Assembly: GCA_000442015.1 (NCBI GenBank) | Contig: KE560848.1 | Coordinates: 219,389 to 264,036, forward strand | DNA from: Rozella allomycis CSF55 | Taxonomy: Eukaryota | Length of the DNA stretch: 44,648 nt | Direction: 5' to 3' | Shown: positions 34,126 through 43,007 of the stretch, one piece after another | Layout: each line of letters begins with the position of its first letter | Numbering within the stretch: the first letter of the stretch is position 1 | The notes under the pieces: model-generated | What the model was told of the DNA's origin: nothing | The model's input: only the letters and a program-made list of their open reading frames with translations | The model's database searches: none | Translations under genes and position numbers: made by a program

Positions 34126-35776
34126 ATGTTCAAAAGCTTGTCAATATACCTATCTCCTGTCAGAATGTCGACAGCAAAATTAAATCATTTAAAAGAAGTA
34201 GTGGAAAAAAATGGTACTACAAAAATGTGATGATGTTGAGGTGGAGAAATTTGTAGTTCTATGCCTGGCGCTGATGTTGCCGTTGTTAATGACTTGACTG
34301 CTTACGAAAGGATTAAAAAAATAATTGGAAAATCAAAGTGTAAAGCTGTTGTTGTGCCCAAGTGGATATCGCAATCGTAAGATACGCAATTAATAAAGGA
34401 AGAATTGATTGTTGGAGGGCTGTGTTGTCGACCCCCAAATTTTTGATATTCAAAAAAATGAAGAGACAAATAAGAGAGAGCAATGCAAAAGAAAGGTTGA
34501 AGAGATGNGCAAAAGAAAGGCTGAAGATATGTAAGAAATGTTTTAAGGTATTTTAGAACGCCAGTTACTTCACCTAAAGCTAAAAGAAAACAAGAGGATA
34601 TAAATCTTTCGAAATGGGAATGTATGCGACCAACGCCTGATATTTGCGAGAATCAAAACCTAGTTGAGGCGCTAAAGGTTTTACAAGAGCAACGTTACCT
34701 GATAGGCGAACAAATGAAGTAAAATTGATGATCATTCAATGAACAGTTCAGATGCATATGCCAGAGCTATTGCTTCTATAAAAAGTTATCCCAATCTTAT
34801 TGATAATATCAATCAAATCAAAGAGTTGCCTAATGTTGGTGAAAAAATACATTCACTGTTGATTCAATTCATTGAGACAGGGAAGATAATAATGGTTAAT
34901 CAAATACTGAATAATGAAAACTATAAAATATTGAAACTTTTTTGTGGGATTCACGGTAATATACCTGAAGATTAAATGAAAAGGCGTTNGTAATATACCC
35001 GAAGATTAAATGAAAAGGCGTTGGACCAACAACTGCAGGCAAGTGGTTAAAGGAAGGGCATAAAACTTTGGAAGATGTGGAAAAGCATGTAAAGCTAAAT
35101 AACGCGCAAAAAATTGGTCTTAAATATTATCACGACTTTAATGAATTGTAATCGTCATTAATTTTATCATAAAGAATGACAACTGAAGAGGCTATGGATA
35201 TTTTTGAAACCATAAAGAAACAAATTTTGAATCTCGATGAAGGATTTGTAGTTACTGCTATAGGTGGCCTTCGTAGGAAAAAGGAATCTCATAATGATAT
35301 TGACATCCTTGTTACTCATCCAAAAGGCCTGGAATGTGATTTATTGGACGAATTGATACCTTTACTTACAAATAAAGACATTGTTGTGGAGACTATTGTC
35401 CATTATGATGGGAACATTGGCACGTCAAGCTCCAGTGATAACCATTTCGACCATTTTAATAAAGTAAGTCAAAAGAAAATAATGCTAATAGTGGTATGGT
35501 GTTGTTAAATCACCGTTAACAGGAAAATATAGGCGGTTAGACTTGGTAATGACCACCACAAAAGAGTATCCATTCGCATTGCTTGGTTGGACAGGTTCAA
35601 AAATGTTTGAAAAGAGCATTCGTCGCTATGCTGCTGAAATTAAGAATTGCAAACTTACTAGTCATCATTTACTGGACTTGTCAAAGAATGAGATGGTTGA
35701 ATGCCAGAATGAAGAAGAAATATTCGAGTACCTTGGATTTCCTAATTTTGTCCAACCAGAATTCAGGAATTGTTGA
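34126..35776 (+). CDS. POL4: Family X DNA polymerase with N-terminal BRCT, Pol mu/TdT/Pol4 type
   Basis: YARAIASIKSYP, HhH LPNVGEKI, GGLRR..SHNDIDILVTHP, DHFNK and RRLDLV...ALLGWTGS. The model is interrupted by N-joined duplications at 34508 and 34989. Confidence 0.88.
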
Positions 35777-36347
35777 AAATAGCAAAAAAATAAACGTTAT
35801 TTGATTAAAATTTAGATTCCCAAACGTGTCAAAATTTAGAGATTAATCGTTAAACTTATTAATTAATAGTTTTGCATTTTTTTCACAAAAAATCGGATCT
35901 GGATACTTGGGCATACATTGACATTCACATGCCTTAATGCCTGATAAAACAAATAACAATTTACAAATACAGACCGAAGAAACAGATTTGTGATTTTTAA
36001 ATACTTATTCCATTTTTTCTCTACGAGAGACGAGAAATAATACTCCACATTCAATTTTGGCACGAGTGTCCATCTTCCAAAATCTTTCTAGAATGGATGA
36101 ATTAAATAGTTAGTACTTAGTAGATACTGAATTACTGATAACCTTGGCTCTTTTAAAAAAAAGCATATTGCAAAATGTCTTTCGAATTCACCCATGGAAA
36201 TTAATAAATATGCTCATCATATTTGATACCCACTGTATCACTGACTCACTGAGTTCAGTTGAAAAAAATTATTATTCAAACAGCAAACCACTAAACCACT
36301 CGTAAAGTTCGCAATTTCCAAACTTCCTAAAATTTTTGAAATTTCTA

Positions 36348-36876
36348 ATGCCAGAGAATGGAACGAGCGTTAGCATTGCTGAAACACCAATTAAAAAGGA
36401 TGCCCAAATAATGGGAAACTATACGCAACCAGAATTGGCAAAACGATCAATATTAGTAAATTCGATGATAAAATACAAATAGACGTTTCCAAAGGCATTA
36501 TGGCAAGGGAAGGTGTTTAAGGAGCCTGTCACTACCGTCCTTCAGTATGGAATGTTAGGCGGAGGTATTCCTATGCTTTGGTATTTTATGCGTGTATCTA
36601 AATCTGCTTGTAAAGTGAATTTATGCATTTAACAATAGTTTCACTTTCAACAATGGTTTGGTATGGAATGAATGGATTTGCCATTACCGGGTTTATAAGC
36701 ACGTAAGTACGAGCGTGAATTTTGAAAGGTACATTCTATGGTATGACCGTCACTATTCTCGGGAAGATTGGATTAAGAGAGGTGCATTATCAGCAGATTA
36801 TGAGGCAAAATATCCACATCTAAGTGAAATGGAGAAAAATATGAGTGCTGAATATGATAAGGCTAGAGAAGATTAA
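36348..36876 (+). CDS. Small two-TM membrane protein, possibly Cox20-like
   Basis: Four exons joined by 27, 29 and 26 nt introns give ...VLQYGMLGGGIPMLWYF...MVWYGMNGFAITGFISTYILWYDRH...EYDKARED. The Cox20 resemblance is only in topology and Gly pattern. Confidence 0.6.
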
Positions 36877-37028
36877 GAATAAATAATTATGACAAAATAC
36901 AAAACAAGAAGATGTAACATCTATTACTTTAATACTTTTACTTTCTATTGATCGTCAAAAATTTGTTTCCATAAATTTGGGTATTTTTTGAAGAAAATAG
37001 CTCATAAAATGGATGCCTGCAGAACACA

Positions 37029-37099
37029 GCGTTTGTGGTTTAGTGGTAAAATTAGCCCCTGCCACGGGTTAGCCCCGAGTTCGATTCTCGGCAAACGCA
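37029..37099 (+). tRNA. tRNA-Gly(GCC)
   Basis: Acceptor stem GCGTTTG/CAAACGC, anticodon arm AGCCC-CTGCCAC-GGGTT, T arm CCGAG-TTCGATT-CTCGG, then TTTT. Confidence 0.97.
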
Positions 37100-37158
37100 T
37101 TTTGCGATATTGTTGTCGAATTTACAATTTCTCAAAAATATTTTAAAATTTATTTATT

Positions 37159-38987
37159 TTAATCAGTTTCTAGTGTGCTTTCATTATTTTCTAAGGAAAG
37201 CATTATGGCATATTCAATCAATTCGTTTTCCGTCATACCTTGAATATTATTCGCTCTTGAACGTTCATGCCAAGCAGACATTTGTTCCTGCATTTCTTCT
37301 CTATCTTCAAGATAATCTCTAAATTCTTCATTCATTTCTCGATGTGTTTCTATAATGCAAAACAGGGTCCATATTTACCTTCATCTCGTCTACCATTTGA
37401 TATGGAGGTCCGCTTTGAAGATTTTCGCCTTTTTTCTCATTTTATCATCTATCACGATTTACTTGTAGCTGCTTCTGCGCTTCCACCAAATTGCCAATAC
37501 TTTATAACTCCATCATACGCAACACAAATCTGACCTTCCCAAACATGAAACACTGATATGTTAAATATTTCATCTCTATTGTAACTTCGTGGTCGTTTCT
37601 CCTCGTATCCACAATTCCCTCCTTTCAACACTGACTTGCTACCTATCTCCCAAACACAAAAGTCACCATTCTCACTATAAAGAAGGACTAAAGTTATAAT
37701 ACCTAATTGCAGCGATTTGGAAACAATCTATGTGGACTTTAACGATGGAGCAAAACAACCCTGAATAAACTCTGTTATACTTTTGAAAAAAAACATTACG
37801 ATGTTTGATCTAACTTAAAAGTACCATCATCCAGTTTAAGCACTACATATAACAGCACAGAGCCCAAACTATCACCCACACAAACCATAAAGGTTGATTC
37901 ATCGACAGATTGAACTCTCATCGATCTCGCAAACCCAGGCAATTCTACAAGAAAGCAGGGTGACATTTCTGCCTTATTTGGATCAATAATACCAATTTTT
38001 CTGCTCGCTCTGGAGTAAAATACAATAGAATTCGTTCGGGAACTATAGGAGATCCAATCAATTGGATGATCAGACACTTGCGAATATCCTATCAAACGCA
38101 ATAGTGGTATTTCCAAAACAGCAATGTAACCATTGTCATAAGCAAGTATCAAATATGAATCCACAACTTTCATATAGTTTATATTTCCAGACGGTGCAAA
38201 TGATTTGGTTTCCTTAAACCCAATCCTCTCCATTAATACCATATTCCATAGAGAGCATCCACCATTATCATCAAGAGCTGCTAGCCAGTTTTGATGATAT
38301 ACTTTAATATTTACAATTGTGCGCGAGTGTATACCTGACAAGTTTTGCATGTGGGCATGTGATACGAATCCAGGTGCAACATTCTTATAAACAATTAAAC
38401 GTCCATCATGATGTCCGCATACTATTACTGATCGATTGATGAAAATTGTCGATGGTGGAAATATGGATCCGTTCAAAACACAATAGAGAGATTCTTTATA
38501 CCATTTTCCGCTATTCAAACCTGCAGACACGACAACACCTAAAAATTAAACACCTACTTCTCATTTACCTAGTTGAAAACACACTATGTTAGCCTTGGTA
38601 GTGTTGTAATCAACGATCAAATCGGATGCATATCCCCAAGTGGGATCCATTCTCAAAACTTGAAAACAAGTTGGTTTCTTAACTTGCCAGCTACTATTTG
38701 TAAAACGAACGTGATTAATGTTACCGCCAGTATCTCCAACGATGTAGATATTCACTTCGCCAAGATTCACTATTTAGTCTTCTCAACGGAAGCTTTCCCC
38801 AGAATACTTGACAGGCGGCTTTCCAAAATAGATCATCAGTTAAAATAGCATGCCACTTTTTACAAGTTAAGGATGCATTAAACTTTCATAAATTTATTAA
38901 ATTTCTTACAATGTCAATAGGATCTTGTATGTGACTCAATACATGCACAAGAATTTCCTCTGGGATAGACGCAATAGGACTACTCAT
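37159..38987 (-). CDS. F-box/WD40 protein with C-terminal UIM (Ufo1/Pof10-like)
   Basis: Spliced F-box SIPEEILVHVLSHI...ASLTCKKWHAILTDDLFWK, linker LRRLNSESWRSEY, WD-like repeats and UIM MTENELIEYAIMLSLE. Confidence 0.85.
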
Positions 38988-39378
38988 CAACTTTTACGAA
39001 ATTTCGGATTCCTTTTCGATACAACCCAAAGCAATGATAAGAAAGAGATTGAAGCGGCGAAATATGAAAAAGAACTTGTTTTGGATCTTGCATTCAAGAA
39101 AATGATTACAAGAAGGATAATGAATTTTTTGAAAATGATTTTTGTTCACAAATTGAGTCATAATTGAATGAGAATAGTCATAATTGAATATTTAAATATA
39201 TAAGAAACCAATGGGTCATCCACTGTATAAGAAATCGGGAGAAAAATCGATTTGGCTTACTTGTATTCGTTAGTACTAGTATTACTTAGTAGTAGTAGTA
39301 GTAAGTACAGTATTTTTTCATTATAAGTAATTATTGATTTTAGATCTACAGCTAGGGCCCAAGACCCCTGGTCGTTAG

Positions 39379-40971
39379 ATGAGAAAAGTTTTTATTCTTT
39401 GGGGAATCCTCGGTTTTATTGTTGCATATCGGCATCGTTTTAATGAGCCTATCAGAGTTCTTCTACTTGGTTACAATGGTGCAGGCAAGTCAACAATAGT
39501 CAACGTGCTTGGTGGGTTGACCACAGATGCCAAAGAAATAGCTCCTACAGGTTCAAGTAGCTTTTCGTTTACGAAGGAGTGCGAAAAGTACTATTTGACA
39601 CATGAGGGTAGATCCTTGTATGTTGTTGACACTCCTGGATTTGGACCAGATGAGGAGTGGAATACCAAATTAAGAAAACAAATAGCTACCGATGTTCCAC
39701 GTTTGTTATTTGGATTTGATGCGTTGATTTTTGTAATTCCCGTGGAGAAGATTAGGGAGCGTGATTTAGTTTGGATTGATTTTTTTAATTCCTATATTGA
39801 CCAAGAAAAATTAATCGCAGGAAAATTAAGTCAAGGTATTATTGTTTTTACATATGCTGATGACATTCCAATGGATCCAAAGTTTGAAAATGAGCTAATT
39901 TCTCAAGCTTTGATAAAAACAATGATGACAAAATTTATTTTTTATCGCCATGAATCAGGAAATAAGAACGGTATTAGACTTGGACCTAGTGAATTGAGAA
40001 CCGCATTTCGTAAACAGGTGTGCACTGATTTGATTGAGTTGTTCGAGTTTAACGATTGGAAGCACTATGATACTGACGAAATGATAAAGACCACAGAGAA
40101 ATTTGAGTATCAAAAACTTAAAAGTGAAGAGTATCGAAAGCTCCGTGAAGAACTTGAAAAGTCATTTATGAGAATTAAACATTTTAGTGAAAGAGTATCG
40201 ACTGATCTTAGGGTGAAAGTAAACAAAGTCCTTGACAGTGCCCCTAAATCGTTTAAAGTTCGTCGATCTGTAATTCAACATGACACACTTATGGCCGAAC
40301 AGTTTTTCTACGAAAATACAAGAAAATTGAGAGAATATGTACAAGAACACGACTTTTTGAAGAGGCAATTAGGAATGATGTCTAACAATGTTACCACGTT
40401 GATGAATGAGTACTCTATCGCACAGCAAGAATATAATATCGAAAAAGAACTGTTTATCAGTGAAACAAGAAAAATTACAGCGGTGCAATTTAGAATTCCA
40501 TTTAATCCAAATCGCGCTAGTTTTCCAGTCAGAATGACAAAGGCATTTAGTTTCAATACTGTTCCAGTTTATTATCGGGCTGTCCAGGAGAATGTACAAC
40601 ATGAACTGGATTTGGTTCCAGACTACTACATTGAGAAATTCATGTCAAGAGCGGGTTTTAGCAATGACAATTTTCGTCAACAATCTTATCGTAACACTAG
40701 GCCTACTTTTAATGAATACCTTGATAGAATTCAAGTCTTGAAAGAAAAAACGGCCAGTGTTTATAGGAGAATCAAAGAAATTAAGCAGCTAAGAGAGGAA
40801 ATGAAAAACTCTGTTTTTCTTTTCAAGGATTATGAGCACAAAGAAATCATCCTTGAATTGGGTGAAAGGGTTTTCACGACAAGCCAGATACGTCAAGAGA
40901 TATTGAATTCCAAAGTAGTATATATGAACGAAAGCCAAAGGGAGGCAAACGCAAGTAGATATTTTATTTGA
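39379..40971 (+). CDS. Signal-peptide AIG1/GIMAP-like GTPase with coiled-coil C-terminus, copy 1
   Basis: MRKVFILWGILGFIVA, RVLLLGYNGAGKST, switch I FTKEC, VVDTPG and IVFTYAD; intronless. Confidence 0.85.
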   Translation: MRKVFILWGILGFIVAYRHRFNEPIRVLLLGYNGAGKSTIVNVLGGLTTDAKEIAPTGSSSFSFTKECEKYYLTHEGRSLYVVDTPGFGPDEEWNTKLRKQIATDVPRLLFGFDALIFVIPVEKIRERDLVWIDFFNSYIDQEKLIAGKLSQGIIVFTYADDIPMDPKFENELISQALIKTMMTKFIFYRHESGNKNGIRLGPSELRTAFRKQVCTDLIELFEFNDWKHYDTDEMIKTTEKFEYQKLKSEEYRKLREELEKSFMRIKHFSERVSTDLRVKVNKVLDSAPKSFKVRRSVIQHDTLMAEQFFYENTRKLREYVQEHDFLKRQLGMMSNNVTTLMNEYSIAQQEYNIEKELFISETRKITAVQFRIPFNPNRASFPVRMTKAFSFNTVPVYYRAVQENVQHELDLVPDYYIEKFMSRAGFSNDNFRQQSYRNTRPTFNEYLDRIQVLKEKTASVYRRIKEIKQLREEMKNSVFLFKDYEHKEIILELGERVFTTSQIRQEILNSKVVYMNESQREANASRYFI

Positions 40972-41184
40972 CTAATCAAATAAAGTGTTCTTTAATTATC
41001 ACGTTATATTGTCATAAATTAATAGTCGATAAACAATGTTAGATCTATTCCATTCTCATTCTAGACCATTAAAATATTTCTGCTATTTCTGCATGCCAAC
41101 AATCCATTTCTAGTTTTGAAATCTTAGCTATCTGATAACCGATCGAAGATCTTGATGTAGGAAATTTCAGGGCGATGACCCTAG

Positions 41185-42774
41185 ATGAAAAAAATTCTAC
41201 TCTTAGGATTTCTTGGTTTTATTGTTGCCCCACCAGTTGCCAATAATGTTTGTAATCGTCCTTTGAATGTATTGACTCTCGGATACTACGGTGCAAGCAA
41301 GTCAACCATCATAAACATGTTGAATAATTTCTGTGATTTGGACTCTGTTGTGAAAGAAGCCTCTACATCTTTAAGTAGTGCTGTTACACTTACGACAATG
41401 TACCCTTGCTCTTATGGAGGGAGATCTTTGAATGTTGTTGACACCCCTGGATTTGAAACAGTGAAATCTTCAAATTTTGAGATCAGAAAAAGGATAGTCG
41501 CTGAAGTCTCTGATATCTTCCGTGATGGTATTGATGCATTCATTCTTGTGGTGCCTTTGGGGAGAACACCAGAACACAGCATTGTGGATATGATCGATTT
41601 TCTAAATTCATTGATTACGAAAGATGGTTTTAGCCGCGGGTTTGTTGTCTTTACCAATGCTGATGGTATGTTGATGAATGCAATTGACGAAAATGCACAA
41701 GTTTTACGTTTTAGGGATGAAATCGTCGCTTTGGCTCCAAGGGCAGAAAGATTTTTAAATTCTGTGAAATATTTGTTTTTTCGTCATGATTTTGAAGAGA
41801 CGGGTGTTACTAAGCTTGATACAAGTGGTGTTAAAAAACAATTTCTTGATCGAGTTTACACTGAAATATTTAAGCTTTGTGAATCCAACAATGGAAGTAC
41901 ATTTAGTACGAATGAAATGAAAAGAGCCAAAGACAAATATGAGAGTCAGAAACGTGAAATCGAAAAATATCGAAGTATTCGTAAAGAACTGGAAGTGTCT
42001 ATTTCAGCCATAATTAATCAAAATGAAAATGTTTCTTCTGATCTTTTTGACAAAATAAAAAAGATGCGTGAAATTGCCCCTTCGCTGACATTTCAAAATC
42101 CAAAAGATCAAACGCAAGATGAAATCTTGATAGCGGAAAAGAACTATCATGAGCTCACAAAAAACTTGAGAGATTCCATACACACACACAGCTTTTTGCA
42201 AAATCAATTAAAAATGATGTCTAATAATGTTACCACGCTGATGGAAGAGTACTCAATAGCAAGGCAAGAATATAATATCGAAAAGGAATTGTTCATCAGT
42301 GAAACAAAGAAAATTGAAGCAGTACAATTTAGAATTCCATGTTATGAAAATCAGTACTTAGCGTGGTATTATCGGCAAGCTCAGGAGATTATACAGCGTG
42401 AACTCGATTCGGTTCCAAAGTATTACATTGACAAGTACATGTCACGAGCAGGTTTTGACAATGACAATTTTGTCACGCCAAAGTTTTATAGTGTTAATCC
42501 TACTTTTAATGATTTCCTTGAACAAATACAAGTGTTAAAAGAGCAAACAGCAATTGTTAACAACAGGGTTTCAGAAATTAGGCGATTGAAGGAGGAAATG
42601 AGAAACTCCGTTTATCGCATCAAAGATTATGAGCACGGTGAAAAAATTTTTGTACTGTATGCAAGTAACTTCAATGAGAAAATACGCCAAGATATAATGA
42701 ATTGCAAAGTAGTTTTTATGAACGAAAGTCAAAGGGGCGGAGAACTAAGTGCATTAATTTTCAAAGCAAAATAA
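41185..42774 (+). CDS. Signal-peptide AIG1/GIMAP-like GTPase, copy 2 (degenerate P-loop)
   Basis: MKKILLLGFLGFIVA, GYYGASKST, VVDTPG, LVVPLGRT and VVFTNAD; intronless. Confidence 0.85.
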   Translation: MKKILLLGFLGFIVAPPVANNVCNRPLNVLTLGYYGASKSTIINMLNNFCDLDSVVKEASTSLSSAVTLTTMYPCSYGGRSLNVVDTPGFETVKSSNFEIRKRIVAEVSDIFRDGIDAFILVVPLGRTPEHSIVDMIDFLNSLITKDGFSRGFVVFTNADGMLMNAIDENAQVLRFRDEIVALAPRAERFLNSVKYLFFRHDFEETGVTKLDTSGVKKQFLDRVYTEIFKLCESNNGSTFSTNEMKRAKDKYESQKREIEKYRSIRKELEVSISAIINQNENVSSDLFDKIKKMREIAPSLTFQNPKDQTQDEILIAEKNYHELTKNLRDSIHTHSFLQNQLKMMSNNVTTLMEEYSIARQEYNIEKELFISETKKIEAVQFRIPCYENQYLAWYYRQAQEIIQRELDSVPKYYIDKYMSRAGFDNDNFVTPKFYSVNPTFNDFLEQIQVLKEQTAIVNNRVSEIRRLKEEMRNSVYRIKDYEHGEKIFVLYASNFNEKIRQDIMNCKVVFMNESQRGGELSALIFKAK

Positions 42775-43007
42775 ATCATTAACAATCTCATTAAATTTTG
42801 ACTATCAAATTTCATTAATTTGTTGCGATTAAGTAAACAGTCTATTCAAGCATAGGACCATCAAAATATTTCCGCATACTTCATAGAATCCTTTTCTTCT
42901 TCTAGTTTTAAATATGAAATTGTTAGTTAGCGGATGACCGATCATCTGGCTTCATACCATGCCGAAGATCTTGATCAGAAATTTCAGACCGAGACCCTGG
43001 TTGTTAG

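Noticed and set aside
358-38987. Fragmented ORFs suggesting pseudogenes or an alternative genetic code
   Set aside because: The breaks are resolved by short GT-AG introns, and the long intronless ORFs translate normally with the standard code.
39271-39311. (AGT)n-rich tract upstream of GTPase copy 1
   Set aside because: A short imperfect microsatellite, absent upstream of copies 2 and 3, with no evidence of function.
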